Assembly: GCA_010015805.1 (NCBI GenBank)
Contig: ML978121.1
Location: 2,542,001-2,606,000, forward strand
Origin: Rhizodiscina lignyota
Taxonomy: Eukaryota
Reading direction: 5' to 3'
Length of the DNA stretch: 64,000 bases
Shown here: piece after piece, positions 50,166-61,933 of the stretch
How positions within the stretch are numbered: position 1 is the first letter of the stretch
Layout: every line of letters starts with the position of its first letter
Translations under genes and position numbers: made by a program
The notes under the pieces: generated by a model
What the model saw: only the letters and a program-made list of their open reading frames with translations
The model's database searches: none
Told to the model about the DNA's origin: nothing

Positions 50166-51125
50166 ATGCAGCTCAAAATCAGCAGCTACTTCCAGGGAGA
50201 CAACTTCTCAGAGAAAGGGGAAAGACGGAAGCCTCCGGAAGTCCCGCCTCCGAAAGATGACACCAAATATCTCAGCGACGAGAAATCAAAGTTGAAGGCT
50301 CGCCTGAAATTGGTGGGAGAAGAGACACGAGTTGCCTATGCCGATTGCGAGAGATACTCTCCACGCGTCAAAGCCGCCTACTTAAGAACCTATATGACAA
50401 AGCGATGCGCTCAAATCCCTTTTGTCCCCAAGCGCCAGGATTACACAATCATCTCAGTCATAGATGCAGACACTCTTGACGCGACCATGGCACTCCAGGA
50501 AGAGTTCCCAAATGCATCCATCGGCGTGTTGAACATGGCGTCCGACAAGTATGTTGGCGGAGGCTTCCTCACAGGAGCACCAGCTCAGGAAGAATCACTG
50601 TGCAGACGCTCAACTCTGTGGCCCTGTTTGATGGGCGTTAAGGATCAGTTCTATCCTATTCCAGCTACCAGCGTCTTGGTCTCACCTGATGTTTTCGTCT
50701 TTCGTACTGGATTTGAAGACAATTTTCGAATCTTACCTTGGAGCGAATGTTTCTTCATCAGAATCATTTCTGTCGCTGCAATTTACAAGCCTCGAATCCA
50801 GAATGGTCGGTTTGAGAACCATGCTGATCGGCAACTAACAGCTACCAAGGTTCGAGAGACGCTCAGAGCTGCATTTCATGCAGGGTGCAATGTACTCGTG
50901 CTCGGTGCGCTGGGCTGCGGTGCCTTCAAGAACCCTCCGAGAGCAATTGCAGAGATCTTTCGGGATGTTCTCAATGAGAGTGAGTTCCTCGTAGCGTTCG
51001 AGCGCATAATCTTTGCCATTCTCGATAGCAAAAAAGTTACGTACGGGGCAAGCACGAACAACTATGAGATCTTCCGGCAAGTCCTGGTCCCCAGAGACGA
51101 GAACACAGAGAAAGAAGCGAGTTAA
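50166..51125 (+). CDS. Microbial-type poly(ADP-ribose) glycohydrolase macrodomain (DUF2263/TIGR02452-like)
   Basis: VLNMAS...GGGFLTGAPAQEESLCRRSTL (GGG-x6-8-QEE PARG signature) and LVLGALGCGAFKNPP. A second in-frame ATG lies at 50106, so the true start is uncertain. Confidence 0.88.
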   Translation: MQLKISSYFQGDNFSEKGERRKPPEVPPPKDDTKYLSDEKSKLKARLKLVGEETRVAYADCERYSPRVKAAYLRTYMTKRCAQIPFVPKRQDYTIISVIDADTLDATMALQEEFPNASIGVLNMASDKYVGGGFLTGAPAQEESLCRRSTLWPCLMGVKDQFYPIPATSVLVSPDVFVFRTGFEDNFRILPWSECFFIRIISVAAIYKPRIQNGRFENHADRQLTATKVRETLRAAFHAGCNVLVLGALGCGAFKNPPRAIAEIFRDVLNESEFLVAFERIIFAILDSKKVTYGASTNNYEIFRQVLVPRDENTEKEAS

Positions 51126-51391
51126 TGGGAGTTCCGAGTGGGCGGGGGCGTGTTAGCGTCATTGCAAGATGTGTTGCACGTGCCTCCTGTCTTCACCATG
51201 AAGATCCAGGAAGTCGCGTTACCGCGACAAAAATCTGATAGTTGCCTTCGCGTTGATCCCGCAGAAGGTGCAGCGCGAGAAATGCCCTTTCACCGACACT
51301 TTACGATCTTTACTTCACCGCCTACACCATTTTCTCATCAAAACATCGTCAAATGTCACCGATTTTACATCGGCCACCCTAATCTCACAAT

Positions 51392-54345
51392 ATGGCCACC
51401 GCCGTCCTCACTACGACGCGCCCTCCGTCGATGATAAGCCCAGAGGCTCTTCAAAACACTGCGTCATGGATCAGAGACACGCTCGATCCTTTGATCGCGC
51501 GAGAAGGACCGGATATCATGTGGCCTGATGATTGTTTGGCCCTGCAGGAGTTGTTCCAAAACTTACAGTTCTTCCCTTTGAGTAAAAATGTCATCGCCGT
51601 TACAAGGATTCACAATGCAGTGAGAGAAATAGCTGGCAAGGCAACTCGTTGGCCGCACCGGCTGGCTGATGCCTGCGACAACGTATGTTTGTTCCCCGTA
51701 GTGCTCTTTCCGAGTCTCACTGGTGTGCAGGTGATTGAGTTGTGGGAGCGCATACATGGATCTCTCGAAGCCATCCGACCTCCGTTGTATGAGCGTGGTG
51801 GAAGACTATGGAAGATCTCCGCTATTAGTGACCTGACGCGCGATGACATGTTCGCGCGCTGGTCGAAGCAATCCCCCAATCTTGTCGATGACGAACGCGC
51901 ATACAGCCATTATCTAGACGAGTTTGAGCCAGGCCATTGGTGGATCAACGCAATGCTTGCCTTTCGAGATGGCATCATCGACTGCAAGTCAACAGACGGC
52001 GGGATTTGCGTCGACAAGCATGGTGCTTATGCCATCCTTATGAAAGACGATGATGAGATAGCCAGTTCGAATCCGCATAGATTCACATACCGCTGCCGTC
52101 CAACCGACAAAGGCAGATACAAGTTAACGGCGGCAAACTTCAACTCTCGGCATCCGATCCGTATACTGAGGTCGCACTCTTTGTCTTCACTGTGGGCCCC
52201 AAGAGCAGGAGTTCGCTATGATGGGCTGTATGTTGCAAGGATGTTGCCATAGCCATGGACACGAGACTAATCAATGGATTTAGATATCGTGTCAAAGGGT
52301 GGAGGCAATACATACCAGACAAGGAGAAGACCAAAGAAAACCCACAACTTACGTGGGAAGTCGAATTTGAGCGAGAGGAGGGACAGGTGCCGATGAAGGA
52401 TGTCCTTTTGTCGCCTCAGGCCGCAGATGTCGATGACTACCGCGAATACAAACGTCTCCGACGTCTCCAACGCGAATATCTTCGCCATCAAGCAATTGCA
52501 AGGCTTACTGGTGAACCTGCTCCAACGTTCGTAGAGCTCGAGAAGACCCCGTCAAACTCAAAGCCGCTTCCGTCCCGCGCACAGACTATGTATAAGGACG
52601 GCCGTATCGTCTTTCCTCAAGCTATTACCGCCCAGTCTGGAACGACAATGAGTATGGATTCTGCCCAGACATTGAAGAGGTCGGAGTCGAAAAGAAGGAC
52701 GCCCTCTCAAAGCTCCCAGGTAATGGCACCTTTTGCTCGTCATCAACCCATTCCAAAGCCGAGCATCCCTGCTATGCTTGCTGCAGTGTCGCCGACTGCT
52801 TCGCGGCCAGCTACGATGTCCAGTGCTCACTCAGGCACGGATAGTTCTTCACGCCCTAATCCTTTCGGCTCTGCAATGTCGCCTTCTCGTCAAACGACCG
52901 GTTCCACGACTTTATCCTCTAGCGCTCCAATCACATCTCAAGCGAGTTCATCAACGGCAAAATCTCATTCTACAACATCTACCAAGCGTACCATTGCAGC
53001 GAGCCCTATGCGCCATGTCATCATTGCATCGCCATCTAGTCCAGAAGCAGAACCTGAAACACCGAGAAAAGCGAAACAGAGTGGTAGGGATGGCACTACG
53101 TCTCTCCTCACTACCCCAAAGAGCCCTCGCGAAGGACGCAAACCCAGCTTCCTCCTTCCCTTCAGCAAATCACGCGGACACTCACCACCAGACGATGTAT
53201 CGCAAGCATCGCACTCTTCACACAAGCTTCGTGCAATGCCCGGTTCTTTCTACACTCGAGGAGAGAGCCCTCCGTCGGCCTCTAAAACAGCATCGCCACA
53301 CCTTGGAGACAAGGGCTCCAACGAGGAGCGTAGATCGTCAATTCTGGGGCATTTCTCGCGTCTCTTCGATGGTGTTGAGGACTCAAGTCTGGTCTATCGC
53401 GCCCGCAAGCCATCACCTAATACTAGCACTCCGCTACGACTCAACATCGAGCACATCACACATAATGAGACTAAGAGGAACAGACAACAGCTACACTTAG
53501 ATGAAATACCAGTATTCAGGGAAGTTGACTGGTCTGCTCCGACGTCTTTAGAACGCTTCCAGAACGTTGATACCATCATGATGTCGCCGTGCTCCCGTCC
53601 TTTGGCGCTCCGAAGAACTATTACGCCTTTGAGTCTGGGACGCACCGCCACGGAGTCTGCATCTATCGGTAATCGTTCAGTACGATCCGTTCAATCGGCT
53701 CAGCAATCTGCTCCATCTCTCCAGCGACAACCTCCTGCCGCACCCCCAGCAGATCGCCGCGCCATTGCCCGCGCGAGGTTCCAGCGTCTCCTTCAAACAA
53801 GACCAAGCCCATTCGAGACCCACGAAGCCGCCAACCGCTTCCTTAAAGCCCTGATTCGCGTATGGCCAATGCTCAGCGAGGCAGAGTATCCGGACATGCT
53901 GGTGGCAGAACCGCGATCCAAATCCGTGTCGACTCTCGACTTCGATGGCGCTGCAGCTACTAGTCCTACCGGCAGCGCTGAGATCGCTGAAGTGGAAGTC
54001 GATGGCACAAAGGACAGCGATTATGATACTGAAGATAGCGAGGAGTACGATATTATGAGCGGACCGGCTCCCGACCCTGATGACTACTTCGGCTCAGCCG
54101 CTCGGTCTGATGACGGGAAGGTCATCCCGGATATGGTGTACGATGCGCTGAAGATCGCGTACAAGCTGCGCGAGCATCGCAACGAGAGGTTTGAGAAGCG
54201 CACTATCCCCGCGCTCGGATGGAGGGGCTTGGACGAGTATCACGCGAAAATGCGAGCGGAGGACGTGGCGAGGGTACTACAAGCGAGGATGAATCGCTCA
54301 GGCGGAACGGATGAGTTGGACGACTTGGATCCGTTCACGACGTAG
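51392..54345 (+). CDS. SRA/YDG-domain protein with long Ser/Thr/Pro-rich low-complexity tail
   Basis: GHWWINAMLAFRDG...GGI...GAYAI...PIRILRS...WAPRAGVRYDGL|YRV (intron about 52228-52282 just after YDG); intron 51683-51730; the last exon is ORF 52255-54345. Confidence 0.8.
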
Positions 54346-55018
54346 CTTCTCTGGTCTTGCGAGTGCTGAATTTCGGGGAAGAGGTTTCGGAGACGAAGAG
54401 GTCTACCGGACGGAACGATAGCGCAGATTAGACCACAAATGCAATGATATCGATTCAGAGACCGAAAGGCACGCACGTGGACGATTGTGTAGGCCTATGA
54501 AAAAGGTTTCATAATGCGCTATAGTCATACACTAGCTACCATAACGTATAACCCGATACTAGTCGTATCAAAAAGAAAAAGGGAAGTCCAAAAAGACCAC
54601 CTCAAATTGACAGACATCCTCCCCGAATCGTAATCAGCATCCACTGATGTCTGAGACCCTGCCAAAAAAGCAAAACGCCTCTCCAGGTATCATATGCGCC
54701 AGCCAAATCATGTGGTAAAAAATATACCCCTGTAGCAGAAGAAGCCTTTCCCATGCAATGCAAATAATGCCGCCCGAATGAATCCGTTGTAGAAAAGACA
54801 CCTCGTGAAAGTAAAGGAAAAATCTAGAGATTCTGGGGAATCATGAAAGGTAGGTAGGTGAAAAGCCGTCAAAACGAGGTCGCTGAATTGCAGCAAAAAG
54901 AGCAAGACCAGAGCAGCGAATGGACACGCTCTGGTGTGTTATCGAGCCGGCGACCGTGGAGTATTGACCAGCGATGGGTGAGCAGTGCAGCGTACGGCAT
55001 TGAGGCAACAGCGCGTTG

Positions 55019-56456
55019 TCAGAACGTGCTCCAGCTCCAGTCCCGCGGCACGCTCTGCGCCAAACTGCCAATCTTCTGTCCCCACCCGCCCTGCGCTCCC
55101 TGTCCCGCGTGTATCTTAATGCCCACCGGGACGCCCGCCATGCGCGGGCTGCTCGTCTCCGTGTCCTGGCTGCTGGCGGCGCTATTGCTGCGCGAGCTGC
55201 GCATCAGCAGCCACTGCTCGTAGTCGGCGTAGCAGGCGTCGCAGGCGCGCTGCACGGTGCCGTCAGGGTGGAAGCGCGCGTGCTGGTCGAGCGGGACGGC
55301 GCCGGACGAGTGCGAGTGGCAGAAGATGTTGCCGCAGCGGCGGCAGTGGTGGCGGCGGGCGATGAGGGAGAAGCTGGTTGCGCAGGAGGGGGAGGTGCAT
55401 TTTGGAGAGGACGGGTCGGGCTGTGGCGGAGGCATTGTTAGCATTGGGTCCTTGACTCAGAGGGAGGCGCCTTGGTGGCGATGGTGTTGAAGTGCTGAAA
55501 CATTTGTTTAAGTGGGGAGATGCGGAATCAGAAGGTGAGCATGTGCGCGATTGTGTAATGTGCTGGGCATGATTGGCCTGCAAGCCGAAAGCGAGGAGTA
55601 AGAGAATGTAGGGAAGATGCACGCACACGCGCGAAAACGTGGGCATGCAGGGTTCAGCATGAGATCGCTCCCGCGTGGGGGTCTTCCCGCCCGGTGGTCG
55701 CATGTGAACACGTGAAAGTGCGTGGGCCTCAACGGCCATCCCAATGGCTTGGGACCGGATGGGGGAAGGGAAAACAGACGTCATGCTCGCGTGCAGGACT
55801 CGGGAAAAGGGATGCATAATAATAATTGAGAGGGTGTGTCGATCCTTTGCGCGCTGCGAAAAAGAAGAACGCAAGGAGTGTAGGATGGTGCATATGAAAA
55901 GCAATGCGCAAGCACAAGATATGAGGGATTCAATATCGCGGGAAAACAATTGGCTGAAAACGCGCAGTTGCTGCGATAGGAATGAAACGGATAGAGAACT
56001 GTCTCAACGTACCTTCCAGTGATCTCGCGTGGGTGGTCCTGTCACTTTGCCCAGCGCGTCGTCGCTCCATTCCTCTGTTATGACTCTGCTGATGCCGGAC
56101 TCGAAGCTACCAGAAGTTCCCAGGCGCTCTGCAGGCGCCCGTACGCCATCATGGCTTTCGAAGCTGGGTCTGCTTCCGTCCTTGGGTGGCGAGTTGCGTA
56201 TTGGGTTCTGGGTGGGTCGGAGGACGGCGGGGATGTATAGAGGGGCCTTCGCTTGTCGCAGCTGAGGGTTGGAGCCGACTGGGCCTGGCATGTACTGGGC
56301 GCTCGGTGAAGGTGGTGAGATGCTCGAACTTGGAGAGCTGGCGTTTGTGGACGGTTGATTGGGGTTGAATTGAACGCCACCGTTATAATAGTGGCCGAAG
56401 AGTGGTGGCGACGCCAAGGGCGGCGCATTCGAGTATTGAGCGGTCATTACGCTCAT
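55019..56456 (-). CDS. FYVE zinc-finger (PI3P-binding) protein (2 exons, 592-nt intron)
   Basis: Exon 1 ends PTRDHWK and exon 2 starts PD (WxxD motif); RRHHCRRCGNIFC, RACDAC; intron 55421-56012 GTACGT...GCTAAC...CAG. Confidence 0.88.
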
Positions 56457-57823
56457 TGAGGATGCGATGGGTGCGGCAGAGTAGGTGGGCAGGTAGTGTT
56501 TGTCGAGTGCAGAGGCTCGTTGGGAGTAGCAGTCCGGGGCCGTAAGTCGTGTCGGTGTGAGACGTCGGTCGGGGCTTATTCGAAGATGAAGTATGAGAGT
56601 AGAGGGGGCGTGAGAGAGTGGTGTCGAGGTACAAAGTACCACGCAGGTTGCACAAGACGTATAAAAGAGGCCTTGGGGTTCTGGCGGTCAGAGGAGCTGC
56701 ATCCAGATCGGAAGAGGCGTTGAGCGGCAACTGGCGCCCACGCGACACCAAGCCGCGATAAGGGTTGATCAGCGTGGCCGCGATTGGAAGATTGGCGCTG
56801 GGAGGGAGCGGTGGGCATGCAGGATCCACGATGCGGTATCAGCGAGCGATGGTGCGACAGCAGAGCGGCGTCCTTACGAGCAGACGGTCGCGGATGGTGG
56901 GAGTATTTAGGGAATCTCTCTTCGTTTTGGGGTGAGCGATGGCATGCATTTGAGCAAGGATGGCCCTCGTACGCACGGCGGGAATGGCTAGGTAGTGTCG
57001 GCTTGCGGCGGTAGCTCTCGACTGCCGCCTTCACTCACGCTCCCGCCGCCTCGCTTTTCAATGAGTTGCACCTCATACGTCGTGTATAGCGCTTGCTAGC
57101 CTGCTGGCGGGGCTCTGCGGAGAATTTCTTATGGCATCGCGAGCACTTGGGGGTGCGGGAGGGGAGTGGTGATGTGCAAGGAGCGGCGTTTCCCTGACAG
57201 GCAGAAATGGTATCTCCGTACAGAGATAAGCAGCCCGCCAATAAGCGGTGGCATGTGGCCGTTGCTCGAACCGTCGGCGCGGAGCCTCATGTGGCGAATG
57301 CATCCTCACCCTGCGCATCTTCTCTGCGCATCCTCCCTCCCTCCCTCACGCTTGGCGAGTTTGCGCTGTTTGCCGCGCTCGCTGCTGTCGCCTTCACTTG
57401 CCCGATGCGGCGCTGTCTACTAATCCATTGCTCAACTCGCGCACTTCAGCGGCCGTCGCGGCGGCCGTCGCTGCTCGCGACTTTAAATTGACTTCATCGC
57501 CCTCTGCTCCTCTCTTCTCCAGTGTCACCCGCTGCTATGCGCAATACGAGAGTGTGAGCTGGCCTGCGTCTCGTCGTTACACAGCTTCCGTCGCGGCCAG
57601 CCAACAATGGCATTGTGTGTAAGCGAGCCAACGTGCGCCTGCTTTCCACGAGAAGGATGCGACAGGAAACCGTCATTTATCCCTTTCCATGCTTTGCATG
57701 TAATTAACTCTGCGCTAGCTTTCTTTGCGCTCTCGGCTCTTTCTTATACACTCGCGATCGTAAATTCTCAGTCTCACATGTTCTGATTCGTCCAACGCTT
57801 TACGACGCTTCCTAAAGCGCCTG

Positions 57824-57997
57824 CCTCGGCTGTTTGCTGGTCCGCAAATGTCGCTTGCCACCATCCTGAGGATGCGAAGAAGCACTTCAAAGGAGTTGGT
57901 GCTGACATCAGGTTTGGAGGAACCTGAAGCTGCCATGGCATAGCTACTCCTTGCTACTTCTCGCTTCTCTCATCTCACATCCCAAATAGTTCCTCGG
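57824..57997 (+). promoter_or_regulatory. Two CCTCGG (FarA/Ctf1-type fatty-acid response) elements upstream of the fatty-alcohol oxidase
   Basis: CCTCGG at 57824-57829 and 57992-57997, 150-330 bp upstream of ATG 58151. Confidence 0.55.
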
Positions 57998-58150
57998 TCC
58001 GTAAGCTCATGGTATTCAGCTCGCCGAGAAAGGCCGCAGGCTGGAGGCCTGAGCACTGTACATTTCCAGTAAAAAGCAACTGCCTTCCTCAGTCGCGACC
58101 TCCGCGCAGTCCCATCTCTGTCAACGCTCTCTTTTCTCTCATCATTCAAC

Positions 58151-60576
58151 ATGCCTGAGCCGTCCACGAACGTTGTAGAGCCAGTCGCAAGTCCTGCGCC
58201 CCCAAAGCCCGAGGCGGACCCCTTAACCTCGTCGCAATGGCGGAGTTTGCTGGCGTTCGCGGATGCCGTAATCCCAGACCTTGCTCCCAAAAGCACCGCA
58301 AACGCGGAGACTTCACTTCCAATTCCTGAAAATGAGTATTCTACCGCGTTAAGCACCATTCAGCAGTACGCATTGCGCGGCAGTCATGAAGACCTCGCAA
58401 AGCAATACCTGGCTGAACGCCCTTCAAATCTCCCCGACTTCAAGGAGACGACCTGGCGACAGCTCGCCCTCTACGTGCCAGAAGACCCAAGAAAGCAGCT
58501 TACCACCATATTGTCTATTCTCGAGTATGTCATGTCCAACCTCGCATTTATACTTTGAGACGCTAAATTCCCAAGTACGCGACTGGGCGCGTTTCTGCTC
58601 ACTGGCTACGCTACCCCATTTGCAGACCAGCCGATCGATATTCGCGAACAGATTATCCAGTCATGGTTTACCGCGCGTATAGCGACTTTCCGCACTCTGG
58701 CAAAGTCCCTCACTATGCTTTGCAAGCGTAATTGGGTCACTGTATCACCAACGCTGCAGACCATCCTCAATTTCCCTCGCACTCCTGTGCATCAATCGCA
58801 GGGCAAATCATTTCCATTCGAATTCATCCAGTTCCCTACAGGCGACAGTGTCGAGATGATCGAGACGGATGTCGTCATCGTGGGCTCTGGATGCGGAGCT
58901 GGCGTGGCAGCGAAGAATATCGCCGAGGCAGGCCACAAGGTCATTGTCGTGGAGCAGGCGTATCACTGGGATGCTAAGCACTTACCCATGACCCAGCAAG
59001 AGGCATCGTCCCACCTGTTCCTAAACGGCGCTTCGATAATTGGTACGTCCAGATCCCCTTGGCTCACCTGATGCACTATTCCCTTTTAGTCGTCCCCACA
59101 GCCTTTCACATGCTAACAAACTCTGCAGCCGACGATTCCAACTTGTCCATAGCCGCGGGCAGTGTGTTCGGCGGCGGCGGCACAGTGAACTGGTCTGCCT
59201 CCCTCCAAACGCAGGGCTTCGTGCGCCGCGAGTGGGCGCAGACGTTCGGCCTCCCGTTCTTCACGTCCGCCGAGTTCCAGGCGTGTCTCGACAGCGTGTG
59301 CAACCGCATGGGCGTTTCCGCTGACCATATTGAGCACAACAAGGCGAACCGCACCTTAATGGAAGGCGCGCGGAAGCTGGGCTGGGCCCACAAGGCCGTG
59401 CCGCAGAATACGGCGGGCAAGACGCACTATTGTGGGTATTGTACGCTGGGGTGTGGGAGCTGTGAGAAGCAAGGCCCTGTTGTGAGCTTTTTGCCGGATG
59501 CGGCGAAGAGTGGGGCGAAGTTTATCGAGGGGTTCGAATGCGAGGAAGTGCTGTTTGAGATGAGGGGTGGGTTGAAAGTCGCTGTGGGGGTGAAGGGGAC
59601 GTGGACTTCAAGAGACGAAATGGGCGGCGTTTCGGGGAAGCGATATAAGAAGGCAGTCGTCATCAAGGCGAAGAGAGTGGTCGTGAGCGGCGGCACTATG
59701 CAGAGTCCGCTTCTGCTGAAGCGGTCCGGTCTAAAGAACTGGAACATCGGCCAGAACCTCAGGGCTCACCCTGTTTCGTTTATCGCCGCCGTATTCCCCG
59801 AAGAAGTCAGACCATGGGAAGGCGCCATCCTTACTTCCGTCGTCACCGAATTTGAGAACCTCGACGGAAAGGGCCATGGCGTGAAGCTCGAAACGACGGC
59901 CATGCTGCCAAACACTTTTATCGGCTTCCCGGTGTGGAAGGGCGGATTGGACTACAAGATGCTTGCGCCAAAGCTCAAGCACATGATCGCGCTCATCTCG
60001 CTCGCTCGCGACGTCGGCTCCGGAACGGTGTATCCCGACCCTAAGGACGGCCGTGCCAGGTTCAAGTATGTCTTCGATAGGGCCGATAAAGAGCATATCA
60101 TGGAGGGTCTGCTCGCGAACGCGAAGATGTGCTACGTCGAGGGCGCCACGGAGATCATGACCGTCATTCCGGGCGTCCCGGTGTTCAAGCGCAATGACCC
60201 GTCGACACATCCGTCTTCCACGACATTGGCTGAATCAGACGTCGACTATGATCCTGGCGTCAACGACCCGCGCTTTAATGCCTGGCTGGACCAGATTAAG
60301 GCGAAGGGGCTCAGTGATGCAGATGTGCTGTTCATGTCCGCACATCAGATGGGCACGTGTCGCATGGGCACGAGCGAGAGGAATAGCGTGGTCGGCCCGA
60401 AGGGCAAGGTCTGGGGTACAGAAGGGCTGTACGTGTGCGATGCGAGTGTATTCCCGAGCGCGAGTGGAGTGAATCCGATGGTGACGAATATGGCGATTGC
60501 GGAGTGGATTTCGAGGGGACTGGCGAAGGAACTGAAGAGGACGGAGGCGGAGGTTGGGCTTGGGTCGAAGTTATGA
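58151..60576 (+). CDS. Long-chain fatty alcohol oxidase/dehydrogenase (GMC family), peroxisomal
   Basis: FAD-binding VIVGSGCGAG, AGSVFGGGGTVNWSA, HYCGYCTLGC, SAHQMGTCRMG, DASVFPSASGVNPM; C-terminal SKL (PTS1); 3 exons. Confidence 0.93.
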
Positions 60577-60822
60577 GGGGACAAGAGGTGGACGGTGACC
60601 GCTAGGATAAGGCGTAACTGTGTGTCAAAGGGGTTTGTACGTCATCACTCCGCAGGTTCTACAAAGAGGAATCCGGAACAGCGAATCAAAATTTTAATGA
60701 AAACAGGAAGAGTTGAGATTCATGAGGTTTGGCCATTCAATGAGTGCTCTATCATTCTGACTTGCCAGTTTACCGGGCCGCTCTTCCTTCATGGCTACGA
60801 GATAAGTCTACAACCTCCCGAA

Positions 60823-61933
60823 TCAAGCCACAAGAACTCCACGGTATCTCACCTTGCCCGACGCGATCCGACCAATTGCTTGGCCGACTCCTGCCTCGTT
60901 CATCGGAAATTTCTCGATGATCGGATGGATGTCATGCTGCGAGGCAAACGCTAGGGTATCTTCCAGCTCGTCCGGAGTGGAAAAGAGAGAGCCGTGGACC
61001 GTGATTTCCTTACCCATGAGGGGTTGGAATGGTAGGACTACGTCATCGGTTTGGAGGCCGATGAGGACAATGTGGCTCCGAGGCCCCATCAAATTAAAGA
61101 ATCTGTTTGGAAGTTGTTAACATCTCTCAGGATCTTGTCTCACGTTGTACTCACGTTGGCCAGTCCGGCAGGCTCGTCGCGGTCCACAAAAGATAGTCCA
61201 GCTTCTTCTCGGGCCCCTTTGAAGCCAGATCGTTCGTCACGTAGAACTCGGACGCCCCAAGCTTTTCCGCGTCACTTCTCTTCTCGTCAGAGCTCGAGAA
61301 CACAACAACTTCGGCGTCCAGTTTCGCAGCAAACGCAATAGCTAAGTGACCAACACCTCCGACACCAATAATACCGACTCGATCCCCCGCCTTGACACCA
61401 AGATTGCGCATCGGCACAAACACTGTCATCCCAGCACACATGAACGGCGCCGCCTCTGCGCTGTCAATGTTGTCCGGGATCTTGTGCAGATTGGTATCCG
61501 GCCAGACGGCGTACGAGGCGAAGGAGCCTTGGTCGAAGTCCTGCGTCGCGTAGTGTCGCGGGGCGACGGTGCAGTACCAGAGGTTTCCGGCCTTGCAGTG
61601 CTTGCACGTTCCGCATCCATCGCGGATGTAGCCGAAACCGACGCGGTCGCCTCTGTTCGGCGTTAGCTGGCGATCTAGAGAAAGGATGGTAGAGCGGACG
61701 TACGGCTTGAACTTTGTCACCTTGTTGCCGACTGCTTCTACGACGCCTATACCTTCATGGCCGAGGACCATGTCTTTGTGGATATGGTGCAGGTCCGTTC
61801 CGCATACACCGCTGTGGGTGATACGCATGGCCACGTCGTTCGGTGCGAGCTCTGTTTTGCCTTTCGACACTGCCTTCACCACCTTGCCCTCCTGGGACCC
61901 TTTGAACACGCTGTACTCTGTTGGAAGACCCAT
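60823..61933 (-). CDS. Zinc-dependent (cinnamyl-type/NADP) alcohol dehydrogenase
   Basis: GVCGTDLH, GHEG, structural Zn motif CGTCKHC...C, APFMCAG, GVGGVGH, GKVRYRGVL; 3 exons. Confidence 0.93.

Noticed and set aside
59425..59460. Cytochrome-c heme-binding motif in the fatty-alcohol oxidase
   Set aside because: The sequence is CGYCT, lacking the His of CxxCH, so covalent heme c is not supported.
32408..61703. Several stop-free introns of length 3n (32408-32458, 35453-35506, 39943-39990, 51683-51730, 61653-61703; also 368-418)
   Set aside because: With dozens of ~50-nt introns, a handful of these is expected by chance. They matter only as an annotation caveat because the ORF track reads through them.
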